NCBI RefSeq assembly: GCF_009834535.1
Contig: NC_045697.1
Coordinates: forward strand, 73,534,001 to 73,598,000
Length of the DNA: 64,000 bases
Reading direction: 5' to 3'
Source of the DNA: Camelus ferus
Lineage: Eukaryota
Shown here in pieces: positions 1 through 12,859 of the stretch (its first letter is position 1; each line of letters begins with the position of its first letter). The notes beneath the pieces were generated by a model, which saw only the letters and a list, made by a program, of their open reading frames with translations, did not search any database and was not told where the DNA came from. A program made the translations under genes and the position numbers.

Positions 1-629
1 GCAATCAGCAAAAATGTGACCTCTTGACTTCAGCTTTAACTCCCACATCCCAAGACCAGTAGGTTACACAGGAGTCACTGTTGGGAAAAGCTTCCCTCAA
101 GAGTTATTAGGAACAAAACTGTATTATAGGATGAAGTAGAGAAAAAAATGTTCCAGAAGTGTTGAAGTGCAGGAAGAGTATACTAACTGAGACAAAAAAT
201 GGACAAAACAAACACACTTTCAAAACTCTGCCAGGTTCTGTCCTTGAACCTAGATTCTACCCCTAGCTCTTACAATGGACATATTTCTTGTGGGTTTCTA
301 TCATTCCCTCATTCCTGAGGGAACAGATCTAGAAGAGTGGACTTTTCCCTAAGCCCTCGAACTCTTCAGAGCACCTTGGTAGGTCAGACCAGAGAAATAG
401 CAGAAGAAGAGCAGAATACATTTGTGTATGACTTTCTCACAAGTATTTACAGGTCAAACACCCTAATACTGCTAAGGGTTGTCTTATGTGGGCATGGTTA
501 GTTGGGATTTGTTTCATCTTAGGTAAAGACTGGTGTCAGCAATTTAGTGACTATTAGAAATGTGTCTGTTTCCAGATACAGTACAGATAATGCACCATAC
601 CACATCTCCTTGTCCTGTGGAGTTTTATT

Positions 630-792
630 GTCCTTTTTTCAGTTGAAGTATACTCGACGTGTAACATCATATTAGTTTCAAGTGTACAACATAGTGATTT
701 GATATTTAGTATATATTGCAAAATGATTACCACAGCAAGGCTAGTTAACCTCTAGTCAACATGTTTCAGGCCACGCACGCACCCCACTTCCC
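630..792 (-). mobile_element. Short L1 3'-end fragment (L1MA-like)
   Basis: A T-tract is followed by 'ttgaagtata..tagtttcaagtgtacaacatagtgattt..aaatgattaccac', a typical antisense L1 3'UTR. It is flanked by the direct repeat tgtcctgtggag(t/c)tttatt at 611-629 and 793-811. Confidence 0.75.
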
Positions 793-2789
793 TGTCCTGT
801 GGAGCTTTATTCTAACTCTTATGTTGTGATAGGCACCAATTTAAAATTTAAATTTTAAAGCATCAGAACAAGAAAGTGCCAAAGATAATCATCTAATGAG
901 CAAAATCCCCACTCCTACGTTGAAACTGAAATTAAGAGAGGTTGAAATGTTTGGTTACCTTAACCTGGTATCTCACATCAAGGAAATGGCTTAATGTTAA
1001 TGCTGGGTGAATCACAAGAGTTTCAGCACATTTAAAGAGAGGAGGAGCAGACATTTTAATTACTGTGAAGCTACTCATGATCACAGAAGAAATATTTTCT
1101 TACTCTTCTGTAAATAACACTGAACCCTTTTTATCTCCATCAGCCCCAACCACTGTGGTACCATTTTGCATGCAGACCAGTCAGGCTGAGGAGCATTAAA
1201 TTTAATTTGTGCAAAAGTTGAAGGTGGAAAAGCGTGAAATTAACTTGACGCATTTTTACGGCGTTTCCTATCTTCTAGCTTCTCTCAGCCTTTCCTATCC
1301 AGAACGATTTGATTGGCTGTGTCAGGATCTTGCCATCCCTGGAGCTTCCCTCTCCTCTCTGTTCAGTGAGATTTGAGGGCTTCTGTGTGTGTGGAGCTTA
1401 TTCTTCCTTAGTCCACAGGCCACCCAGCTGAAGGAGATGCTGATTTATTTGGCTTGCTATTTACCTTGGCAAGGCTTCAGTCTGTGCTCAGGGTTCACTC
1501 ATCTTGGTGACTCATCTCTTTCAGGAGTATGTGTGTGTGTGAAAACAGCCAAAGATGAGTCAACTCATTCAAGAAATCATTCGGCATGGCCCAAACGGTT
1601 TGCAAAGATTTTGAAAGAAAACGAAACTTGTGTAAGACTGTATAGCACAGAGCAACTTATCAGCAATCGGTTGCTAGTATAACGCCTATAAACTTGCCAG
1701 GTTATTACAGACACATCTCAACCTGTGGGGATAAAGCTGAGATATCCCTTATTGTATCAATAAAGGAAGCATGTTTACATGATTTTAAAAACCCACAGAG
1801 AGAATTAATTGGAGGCAATTATGTTTAGACAGCGAGAGGCAGATGGCAATGAGACTGGGGGATGCCTACTATAGATTTCATTTAGTGACTAATTGTTAAG
1901 TGTTGTAAGAAATGCCTGCACCAGTATACGCACTCCTCTCTTTATTAAAAAATCTAGGAAGACATTGCTATCAATTCTGTTCATCTCCTGATATGATGAT
2001 CATTCAAACAGTACATGTTATTCAAATAACGTGGTTGTGCAGAGATTTTGAAGTTCTGTCAGGAGAGCTTTGCAAAGGAAGGTATTGGCAATACTGAAGA
2101 CGGATGATGCAAACAAAAATGTATAAACACAACAGACTGAAAATTCCACATTAGTCCATTATGTCTTTATTATTTAAAAGTTAATGATCAAAGCACATTT
2201 TGTGCATACTTAAAAGAAATAACCCTGTAGTAATTTTTAAAAGGTGCTTATTTAAAATTTCTTCTGCTGATGACCATGTGCCTTTCCCAGAGCTGGCCGA
2301 TTATCCTGGCTAGAACCTCGTCTACTGCCCTAAATAATTGCTCTCTTTTTCAAGGGGAAATGAAGTGTTTCTCACCCTGGACAAGACTTATGCTTCATTT
2401 GCCAATATGTGACACAAAACCAGATCGTCTGCATTAATGGATACTACACATGGATATGTCTATGGGTGATGGGCTCTGATGGTACAGGTTTTATGAAGCA
2501 TCATCCATTTATAGATTCTACCAAACATAAATAAAGGCCTTCTTGTTCCTGAAAGGAACGAAGAAAAAAATAATTAAAATGATTCAGGCTTACTTATTGG
2601 CAGTGACTTTCAAGGAAAGTTTAAAAAGACAACGATAAACCCATAATTTAGGAAAATAGAATCAGCTTTCCATGAATTTTGAAACAATAAAAACACCAAA
2701 GAGATGGAGAGAAAACATGGAAATGACAGAACCTTTGTGTGTTGGGAAGGAAGGCTTAGATTTATTTGTCCTTTTCAAAAATAATTTAA

Positions 2790-2945
2790 TGCTGAAAGAA
2801 ACTCATAAGATAGGAATTTTCATCCTCATTGCACAAATGAGAAAACTGAAGATTGAGAATGTGTTACTTGATGAAAGTTGTGCAAATAGAATAAAATGGA
2901 ACTAAGATTGAACCCAGTTCTAACAAACTCAGAACTTAATTCCTG
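2790..2945 (-). mobile_element. MIR SINE fragment
   Basis: MIR core-like 'catcctcattgcacaaatgagaaaactgaag...ttgaacccag'. Confidence 0.7.
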
Positions 2946-3069
2946 TAAGTTTAGCCAAAGTATTTCAGAGAAGGTTATGCCTATGTTGGATTCTGAAGAA
3001 AGAATTAAAGCCTGTTTTATGAGCAGGTGAACATTAGAGAAAGACTATTTTGGACAGAGGGTGAGTAAT

Positions 3070-3320
3070 CATAATAATAGCTATTATTTAAAGCATTTAT
3101 GACGTGTTAGATATTTAATGTACAAGGTATATAACTATCAAATTAACACACCTTACTTGGTTCTCATAATGATCTGATGAAGTAGATAATATTACATTCC
3201 TCTTAGAGAAGACAAGATGGAGCCCAAGAAAATGTTGAGTAACCTACCAAGTGTCTGACACATTGAAGCCTCGCTTGATATCAAATCCAAAGCATCTCTA
3301 AAGTCTCTGCTCTTTCCAAA
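3070..3320 (-). mobile_element. MIR SINE fragment
   Basis: Begins 'ataataatagct..agcatttat' and contains a degenerate core 'ttctcataat..tgaagtagata..gagtaacctaccaag'. Confidence 0.6.
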
Positions 3321-3329
3321 GTCTCATGA

Positions 3330-3790
3330 TCACCAGTGCACTGGATCAGGGTGGGTAGGAAGGAAAGTGGTGGAATTGAGCCTTTTGAGGTGAACAGACA
3401 CAGGTCACAAAAAGATGTGTAAGCCAAGTGAGAGTGTTTATATCTTATTCTTGGTTGACAAGAAATCTTTGATAGGTATTAAATGAGGAAATGACATGAT
3501 CTTATTGGAGCTTTAAGATCATTATGGGTAAGGAGTAAATTGTAGAGACTCACTCAAATTGGGAATCAGACAGACCAATTAGTAAACTAGTTAAATTACC
3601 CAAAGCAATAAATAATGTCCATTCAGTTAAGTAACCATGGAATTGGAGTAGATAGGGATGATTCTAGGTATATCAAAGAGGTGGAAAATGGCAAGTATAG
3701 AGACCAATAGATTTCCTTGCTAAGAATGGAGTCTATAATGATTCCCAGATCTCTGTTTGGGTACTGAATAAATCAAAGATATACTAGAGA
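3330..3790 (-). mobile_element. L2 LINE fragment
   Basis: Purine-rich antisense L2-like text ('gacatgatctt..tttaagatcatt', 'ataatgattcccagatctctg..gggtactgaat'). Confidence 0.55.
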
Positions 3791-4019
3791 TTAACTCTAC
3801 TGTCATGGAGAGGCTAATAAACGACATATAACAAAGACCCAGTTATCAGGCTAGGTTCAAAAGTCATGGTAAAGTTTTGTTGTAGTGAAGATTAGAAAAT
3901 GCTACTATTAGAATAAATTTGAAGAGCACATGAAAAATCAATTTGCATTCTGAACTACAAGTCAGGTGATTTCCGTATTTGAAAGCATTTTATTTGTTTT
4001 TACATTTGCTTTTATCTAT

Positions 4020-4150
4020 GCCATATCCTTAAAATGTAAACTCCTTGAGGGCAGGGATTTTATAATTCCTATTCCCAATCTAAACCCTGCATATAGAATA
4101 GTCCCTGGTATAGAGTAAGGACTCAATAAATATATATGCACGGAATGACA
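4020..4150 (+). mobile_element. L2 3' end
   Basis: 'aatgtaaactccttgagggcaggga...ctggtatagagtaaggactcaataaatat..gaatga' matches the L2 terminus pattern. Confidence 0.8.
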
Positions 4151-5970
4151 GTCCAGTGAGTGTGGCTGAGATCCTGATTACAGGAACCCTCATAGTTACA
4201 TAGCATCTTCAGCTAGGTATTCATGTGGTATTTTGTTTCCTGCACTGTCAAATCAGTGAAATTGGGGTTGTTTCTGACATTCTGAGGACAGCAATGAGAA
4301 ATGTAATGACAAAGCTCCCTGAACTCTGGCTCTATCTTCTTCCTCCAAATAATGAGCACCAAATTAATTTTCGGATTAGACACTATTAAAATTCCCTGGA
4401 AAATCAATAATACAAAGTGATAAGACTGAGGTTAGATGGCTGATTTATCGACTGATTTTCTTTTAATATTTCTGGCAAGAGATGGTCATTTCAAGACCAG
4501 TGATGAATACCTAATCTCTAACTCCTTTCCTTAATCTTTATTCTCCTTATTGCTGCATTTAACCTTGAGGACCACCCAGTATTGCCAGAGAAAGGTCTCA
4601 AACCTTCCAATACAATCAGTTCTATCAGGGCAGGACTGAGGGTAAAGATGAGATCAGGAACACTGAGTCTAGCATTTGCCTGTCAGGAAGAAGAGTCTCA
4701 GAGGCAGAAAATTAACAATGTTATTAACCCAAAGTCAGGACACCATTGAAGAATTGGAATTTGGTGCAGGAGAGAAGCAGATCTTGCAAGGAAATAGAGG
4801 ATTAACTCTCGGAGCTTAACTCTTTCTTTTGCTCGGGTCCATTTCAGCAGGAATCTTCCAGAAAAGCTTTTCATTCTGTGTATGCCCTTTCTCTTTTTTT
4901 TTCTGTCTCCAGATTTTCCTTATTCCATTCCTGATCTTTGATAGTCCTCTAAGGTTTATTCCCATCCCTTGCACTCCTCCCTGGAAAATCTTATATGTGC
5001 TCTTAACAGTTTCAGGCATATTCCAGGTATAATGCTATTTATAGCAAAGTGCCTCTTTCTCTCCATGTCGATCTTTTCTTGAATCCCTGTTTCAGAGCAT
5101 TAACTGCAAACAAAACATCTCCAGTTAGAAATACTTTTGAATTACAAATTCACCAGTATTAAAAAAATATTTCCCTGTATTTTTTTTAACACAGTCCCAT
5201 TGTTACTATCGGCATCTGAGGGTTCCTTGCCTTGTGTTCAGATTACTGCAATGCATTCCCATCTGGTAATTCTTCCTTTAATCTCTTCCACTTCAAATCC
5301 AACTGATATCTAACTTTGAATTAAAGAGAACTCAAATTCCATTTTTATCATATTATTCCTCTGACTTAAAAGGAAAAAAGCTTAATTAGCTTTCCATCAT
5401 AATGAAGTTTCTTAACCTAGTTTCTAGAGGAACCCTTGTTTTGGGGGGCTTTTTTTGCTTGTTTGTTTTAGATTTCAAAAGCACTAACCAGAGACTGTAT
5501 CAGCACTGGACGCTGTCAGCAGGCCCAACCCTGGGTCCTGCACTTAGAGATCCACTTGGCCCTCCTCTGAATATGTCTCCCCACCAATTCCCCACCCTCT
5601 ACTCCCAGCAAGTAAACTATAGGCCAGGTCAGGTACCCATGGAGAGTATTCATTCCCTAATCTGAACCATGCTCCAGATACCTGTGCCCCTGAAAGTTTC
5701 TTCCCAAATAGCCCAGGGCCTACTTCTGAGGCCTGTGCAGACCTCTTCCCTGAATCTGTCCTCCTGATGGAGTCATGAGGCAAATCTGTGCGTGTCTTTG
5801 TTGGAAGAGTGGCCAAGGAGTAGCCGTTTACAAAGGGCATAGATAAAGCTGGAATGTATACACTCCAGGGCCTCAGCCTGCAGGGTGAGGGATGGAGGTA
5901 GATACAGGAAGAGAAGGGGTATGAGCTGGAGGCCCACTGCTCTCCTGTTGTGAGCTAAAATTCTAAGAAG

Positions 5971-6956
5971 GTTTTAATAGTTTTCAATGGCTGCATAAAC
6001 AAACCACAAACTTAACAACTTAAAATAACACCAATTTATTATCTATGGTTCCGTAGGTCAGAAGTCCAAGTGGGCTCAGATGGGTTCTCCACTTAGGGTT
6101 TCAGAAGGCCACAGATGTGGTGCTGGCTGGGCTAGAGCCTTATAGAGGGTTTAGGGAAGAATATGCTTCCACACTCACTCAGGTTTTAGCAGAATTCAGT
6201 TCCCCATGGTTGTAGGACTGAGGTCCCTGTTCTCTTCTGACTGCCATTCAGGGGCCTCTCTCTCAGTTCCTTAAGGCCACCTGCATTCCTCCTCACATGG
6301 CCCCTCGATCTTCAGACCAGCAATGGTTCATGGAGTCTTCACTTTTTCTTTCAATTCAGCCAGCAGACGGAGAAAGTTCCATGCCTTTAATGGCTCATGC
6401 GATTACTGTGGCCCATCAAGAAAATCCAAGATAACAGTGCTGTTTTAAAGGCAGCTGTGCCCTACAAACTTACCGGAAAAGTGGTGCCTCATCATATTTA
6501 CGGGTTCTAGAAATTAGGGCCAGACACGTTTGGGAGCTGAATTAGTGCTCGGGCTGCTATGGCCAAGCACCACACACTGGGGACTAAAACTCCAGGGATG
6601 CATTTTCCCACAGTTCTGGAGGCTGAGAGTCTGAGGTCAAGGTGTCAGCAGGGTCGGTTTCTTCAAATGCCTTTCTCAGGGACTTGGAGATGACTGCCCG
6701 CCCCTGTGTCTTCACAGTCTTCTCTTTTTACACGTCTGTGTCCTGATTGCCTCTTCTTATGAGAGCACCAGTCATGTTGGACTAGAGCCCATGCACAGCA
6801 CCTCGCTGTACCTTAATCACCTCTTTAAAGACACTGTCTCCAAATACAGTTACTTTCTGAGATACGGGGGGTTAGGGCTTCAACCTATGGGTTTTGAGGG
6901 GACATGATTCAACTCATAATAGGGCCTATGCTACTTTTAGAAATCTGCCTACCACA
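5971..6956 (-). mobile_element. MaLR solo LTR, MLT1E-like (interrupted at 6538-6921)
   Basis: Contains 'gcagaattcagttcc..ggttgtaggactgaggtccc' and the terminus 'ttagaaatctgcctaccaca'. Flanks agaag/agaat give a 4/5 TSD. Confidence 0.8.
6538..6921 (-). mobile_element. MaLR solo LTR, MLT1B-like, nested in MLT1E
   Basis: 'cacagttctggaggctg..caaggtgtcagcaggg..ctcttcttat..caccagtcat..ctccaaatacagt..gggggttaggg'. Confidence 0.85.
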
Positions 6957-7467
6957 AGAATTCTAAATGTGAACCTGGCCTCGAAGGTTTCTATGAAGGC
7001 ATCTTTGTCAATGTAGGAGGACAGAACATATTCTATTTAACAGTTTTCCGACTTTACTATTTAAGTATGTAGATATACAGTATGTAGGTCTTCGATTGTA
7101 TTCCTGCTCCAACGCTGCAAATCTAGCGGACGGGCCTGGACAGAGAGGTTAGGAATCGGATGGGAAATGAAGAGAGCTGGAGGCTGCCTTTCCGTGAAAA
7201 GCAACTGTGGCAGCAGCAGCCACACTGGAGTCTAGGAGTGAAGTCTAAGGGTCTACTGATACAGCTAAGCTTATGGCTGAGGAGTAAAACCTCTTTTCCT
7301 TAACCTGTCATTATGAAGCATACCTGCCCATCAGGCATTCTGTGCTCATCCCTGTAAGATGGAACGCTGTGCTCAGCCTCTTTCCCCACTCCCAGTCCCT
7401 GCTACATACCATGCCCCTAAGCGCTCTGACTGCTTTGTTCCCTCCTGCAGAGCCGAGACTGTCCAAC

Positions 7468-7837
7468 TGTCTCAGTCCATTGGGGCTGCTGTAATGGGTG
7501 GCTTATAAACCAGCAAGACTGGGTAACTTATCAACACCAAAACTTTATTTCCCATAGTTCTGGAGGCTGGAAAGTCCAAAATTAAGGCTCTGGCAGATTC
7601 AGTGTCTGGTGAGAGTCTGTTTTCTAGATAATATATAGCTGTCTTTTCTGTGTCCACGCCTGGCAGAAGAGACCAGAGAGCTCTCTGGGGTCTGTTATAC
7701 AGGGACTGATCACATGCATGAGGGCTCTGCCCTTATGACCTAATCACCTTCCAAATGCTCCGCCTCCAAGTACCATCCCATTGGGGATCAGGTCTCAACA
7801 TACGTATTTAGGGAATACAAACTATTCCAAGATGACA
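7468..7837 (-). mobile_element. MaLR solo LTR, MLT1A0-like
   Basis: TG...CA ends with a perfect 5-bp TSD CCAAC (7463-7467, 7838-7842); contains 'agttctggaggctggaaagtccaa..gcagattcagtgtctggtgag'. Confidence 0.9.
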
Positions 7838-8179
7838 CCAACCTTCTATACACATCTACTCCTCTCTCTCAACTTTCAAGACACGTTCTTGCCTGCCTCA
7901 GCCATTTGGAACTCAGCATTTATAATATTATACAACCTTTCAAACATTTTTAGGTCATAACCAAAACACAGTATCTCTTCTAGATTGTGATCTTGTTGAG
8001 TTCAAGTACCGTGGCTTCCAAATCTACCCTAGTGTAGGGGGAATGCACCCAACTTGTTAAACACTCAGATGAAATGAAGCAAGATTATTTTCCCAATTTT
8101 TGTTCCTTATGGATGCTACATGAAAACTGATTTGGTGTTAAAATAAGTATGGGGGGTGGTTTTTACAAGGTTAAAACAT

Positions 8180-8335
8180 GTCTCTTTAAGACATCTCTGA
8201 GTGTTTAATATACTACATATATAGTTAATATCTAAAAGAGAATAATAATGAAGAGTTTAGCAAATTAATTGACCTTTTACTTCACAAGCATGTTATGCAA
8301 CCAGTGTTCTGGAATACACTTTTGAAAAGGCTGGC
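8180..8335. mobile_element. Possible MER103-like hAT fragment
   Basis: Degenerate 'gtttaatat..caaattaattgacc..gttct.gaatacactttt.gaaa.gctg'. Confidence 0.4.
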
Positions 8336-11300
8336 TTAAGAGTTAGTCCTCATCCAACTCTCTTTCCAAATATATAATATTATTTATATGCAGCATATCA
8401 AATAATTCTGAGTATCTATATGTGTTCAAAAGTCTAGTCTGACCATCCTCAGCCCAACTACGGGTAATTGTTCAGGCTATATGAAAACTCCTATGTGATG
8501 CAAATTTCCTGCTCACTCAAAGTCGGCAGGAGTAAAAGTTCAGGTCTTCTCCACAAAGTTTGGTGATGGACTGAACTCCATGTCCTTTGAGAAAAGATCC
8601 AAAGTAAGCAGCTTGATGTCAAAGCATGAAATATTAAGATTCCTGTTATTAACTGGGATGTGCTAAGGAGGGAGAACACAGGATCTCTGGCTCTGAAGGG
8701 CATTTACCATTTCATTATCACAAGTGGTTCTGACGTCTGTGAGGTTGAGCTTATCAGGCCCTCTTAGACTGTAAGCACCGTGCAGAGGGACAGAGCAGTT
8801 TTCTTGAGTTTTACAGAGTTTCTTAAGGGTATTTTTCACAAATGTTAATGGTAACAAGGAGCAGAATGATTTTCCCTCATAGAGATGTTGCTAAAATTAA
8901 TAACAGACAGTCTGATAATTACTTTGAGCCTCTTTGGGGGAAACCATGTAACAAAAATACCTTTATATAATAATGCCTTTGTCTACCTACCTAAGCACTT
9001 GTATACTAGATGGTCTTAAATATACAGTGAGGCAATAACCTCTTTGAGATGCAGATGGATAAAGTTCATGATCATAATGAGTGTCTCAACATTTAGAAGC
9101 TAGGTCCAGTGGGTAAACCTTTGGCTAAGTAGCCTGCTTTTATTGTTTACAAATATCAAAGTGATCTAAGTTTTAGGAAGCAACTTCCAGAGTCAAACAA
9201 AACTGGCAGTCCCAGAACCACTCCCCTGTTATCTTAGCTGACCTGCAAGGAGCTATGTTGTGGAAAACTTTATCTAATTAGTAATAATACTGTGAAACAG
9301 AATTTTCCATTAGTACTCTCATACACTGTATTTTCCTCAAATACTTTCACTTTTTTTCTAATTGGATTTCTGGCTTTTGAAGCCAGAGTTTCTTTTATCA
9401 ATACCGTTATTAGCATTTGCATTCCTATTTTTAACTCCCATTTCAAGGCATGCCTTGAAAACATTTTGTTGAAAGCAGTTATTTGCCATGTTTAGAGTGT
9501 TGTAGTTCAGCAAAATTGAAAAATACCTCTACTGCATTAGTAACATAAGAACAAAAATGTATTTTATCACTTTGAGTATGTAAACACACAAAGAACAGAA
9601 AATCAAATAATAGAACTAAGAGGACACATCGTCTAATGGACTCAGCAGAGAATTAAGAGCCCCAATACCTGAATTCCAACCTTGGCTCCAATACAGTGTC
9701 CTATGTCCTTGAGTATTTTCCTTTATCTTTGTGGGGAAAAAAAAGAACCAAAAAAAAGCAAAACATAAAAAACCCAAAAAAACTTCATTATAGTAGAAAC
9801 AGGGGAAGGTGACTGGAAACATAACAGATATTTGAGTACCATCTAAAGCAAGATCTTCACCTTACCCGTGACTGTTACATTTCTCAGTTTGTGTCACACA
9901 CTTGACACTGTCTCTGCTTATGCTGTTGTAATTCTAATTATTTTGTCTCTGTACCCTTTGATCTTGGATACTTCCTGGCCATAAATAAGCCATTTGAAAA
10001 CCCTAAGTCAAAGAGCCTTACCCCTCATTATTGCTACCACAAGCATTTGCAGTTAAATAGTCTTGAAAGACACAACTAGTTCAGGAACCAGAGTAGGCAT
10101 GCCTTGTGGTCTCAAGTTTCCACAAAGGTTTAACCAGGTTGAATATATTCTACTACCTGCAATCACCAGGTGTGATGTTTGGACAGGAAACAGAATGCAT
10201 GGCATCTCGCTGGCAACTTGTATAAGCCTGTCATTTTAATTAGTTAGAGACTATTTATGTGAGGATTTACCCATCACCTCATGAAAAACAATGATCTTCT
10301 CATGTTAGCAAGCATCCCCAAACCCAATTTGAAGGCAATATACTATGTGCAGCTCTTCTGACTTTTCCAGCATCTTACAAAATGTTTGGTACATATAAAG
10401 GGCTAAATGAGTGTTTGTTAAATTGACCTGAAGAAGTTTAAGATTCTCTTCGTAACTGTACGAGTAATAATATTTTCCCATGTACCACTTAGGGGAAAAT
10501 TAATGGGTAAGGACTAGGATTCAGATTCTTTACTGTCCACTTTCATTGGTGGGGCTGTTGCTGCTACATTAACCAGCAACCCACCAACTCTGCAACGTGC
10601 ATGGACTGGACCACAGCCTGGACTCTACCCCAGCTGCTATACCTAGATGCCCAAGACGAACCATAGTGTGAGTCGCCTCCTCCTCTGACTCTGTCTCCTG
10701 TAAGACACTCCTCCTGAAGGTCTGACTTACGAAGGAAGCTGTCCTCCTCTCTTCCCACAATGGGCTTCTCAGACTTTCTTTGGGCGGCAGTAGAAAACTT
10801 CCCTCAGCTATCTGACCCTTATCTACCTTGTGAGTTAATACAACCAGCATGTCACTGTTCCCCCCGCACCCCACCCCGTGCTAAATGGTCAGACTGCCCC
10901 CTCCCCCGGGGTCCTCCTGCAGCCACTGTGATCCTTTTGTGAGGAGACTCTCTGCAGGATGAAAGATAAACTTTCAGTAAACCACTCAGCTACTGCCCTA
11001 AAAGTAGCCTCTTATCTGAGTTTTTGCATAAAGACACCACCACATCTCTGGCAGATAAAATATGTACATACTTCCAAATTAAATCCTTTTTAAAATTCAT
11101 GAGGTTCTTGAGGTTCTATATATAAACTGGAACTATTAGGGAAGAGACTTTCTTCCCAGAATATTCCTTTGTTGGACCTCTTTCCTTCCCTGTGTCACCC
11201 AAATGAGACAAAGGCAAAAATGCAGCCGTCTCCCAGGGAACTCAGTTTTATCAAATGTGCTAGTGGAAAGCCCCATATAAACTTCCTTCCTCAGACAGAA

Positions 11301-11775
11301 AGGAGCGCGTGCTACACATTACTTTTAACAGGAAGTAAGTCTGTCTGGAGGTTAACTGCTGGGTACAGGCAGTGAAAATACAAGGGTTCTCCAGCCAGAG
11401 CAATGCCTTAGCCTTTGGCCGAGTCTAAGTCTCCCAGTGTATGGTGAGCTTGAGGACATGGGGAGAGGTTGCCATCTGGCACAGAGATGTCCCCAATCCA
11501 GCTCTGCAGCTGGTTGTCAGCCTCGGTGATGAAAAGTTGAGGGTAGAGGAAACAAGAGCAGGCAGGACCTCTAAGCTCAGCGGGTAAAGGGGAAGGATTT
11601 AAGAGAGACAGCATTTCACTGGGATAAACATTGATCTAGTGGACTTAAATCATAAATCCTCTGTGGAAGAGCTTTGACATTTTTCCTTATACTCCACACT
11701 TTGATAAGTGAAGTCCTGTTTTCTTCTCAGGCTGGGGTCTAAGATAGAAAGACAGGTAAGAAAGAAAACAAATGA

Positions 11776-11911
11776 GGGGGGATGGTATAGCTCAAGTGGT
11801 AGAGTGCACGCTTAGCATACACAAGGTCATGGGTTCAATTCCCAGTACCTCTTCTTAAAGTTAATAAGTAAGTAAGCCTAATTACCTCCCCCACAAAAAA
11901 AAATTAATTAA
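11776..11911 (+). mobile_element. Camelid tRNA-Ala-derived SINE (vic-1 type)
   Basis: Pol III A box (tagctcaagtgg), B box (ggttcaattcc), 'gcttagcat' anticodon-arm remnant, shared tail 'cctaattacctccccc' and A-tract. 17-bp TSD with 1 mismatch (11758-11774, 11912-11928). Confidence 0.9.
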
Positions 11912-12108
11912 AAGAAAGGAAACAAATGGAATACATATGGTATAGGCTTTTCACTGAGGGACAATTGACTGCGTAAGCATTCTCAACGTGAGAATATGAA
12001 TGATTAAGGTATGAGTCCCACCTAGGAACCTGTAAGTACAGGCAGAGAAGTAAATGCATGTAAGGGGTACAGAGAATAAATCCTAGAGCTCACAAGCTGT
12101 TCATCTCA

Positions 12109-12452
12109 TTTTATGGACTGAATATCTGTGTGGCCCCCAAATTTCTATGTTGAAATTTTAACCCCCAATGTAATATATCAAGGGGTGGGGCCTATGGGAG
12201 GTGATTAAGTCAGGAGGGTGGAGCCTTCATGAATGGGATTAGCGCCCTGATAAAAAGAGGCCCCACTCCTTCTGACACCTGAGGACACAGTAAAAAGACT
12301 AGGAATAGGCACTGAGCTCTCACCAGATACAGAATCTGCCGGCATCTTGCTCTTGGCCTTCTCAGCCTCCAGAACTGTGAGAAATGAAGCCCACTGTCTG
12401 AGCTACTCAGTCTCCAGTATTTGTGTTATAGCAGCCCAGACAGACTAAGGTA
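12109..12452 (+). mobile_element. MaLR solo LTR, MLT1A-like
   Basis: 'tatggactgaat..tatgttgaaa..gggaggtgatta..atgaatgggattag..cagcctccagaactgtgagaaat..gttatagcagccc..gactaag'. Confidence 0.9.
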
Positions 12453-12859
12453 GCACATGCGGACCAAGAGAACGCTCCAGAGCCAGAAGGAAGCAGAAAT
12501 TTGAAACCACTTATTCCATGCCATTTAACACATTCAAAACAAAAGAGTGACATAAAGCCAGAGATCTGACAAAAATTAAAAATAAACACTAACCACAGTA
12601 TGACAGGCCACTGAAACACTGCACAAGGTTTCAGGTATATTATTAGGAGAAAGGGTATCAGAGACTCGGAAAGGGACAGAAATAGCAACAAAAAGAGAAA
12701 CAGTAACCACGTTTATAACTGTGAAGAGAAGGGAGAAAAATTGGCTTTCTGTTCATTAGGAAAAAAAAGATGAGAAGGGATAATTACTGAGGTGTCTGAA
12801 ACTCTGATGAGTATTGAGAAGGAAGAGAGGAAATAGCTCAAAAGCAAAAAGAGGACATG

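Larger units (their letters stand above)
5501..7138 (-). mobile_element. MER115/Zaphod-like hAT-Tip100 DNA transposon, split by LTR insertions (parts ~5501-5970 and 6957-7138)
   Basis: The reverse complement of 6957-7138 (caggccc..tttgcag..aactgttaaatagaatatgttctgtcctcctacattgacaaa..ggccaggttcacatttagaattct) resembles the MER115 start. 'ccctgggtcctgcactt' near 5530 resembles the other end. Confidence 0.7.

Noticed and set aside
11776..11850. Functional tRNA-Ala gene (also at 29013 and 54230)
   Set aside because: Stems are degenerate, and the copies share a non-tRNA tail and A-tract, so they are SINEs.
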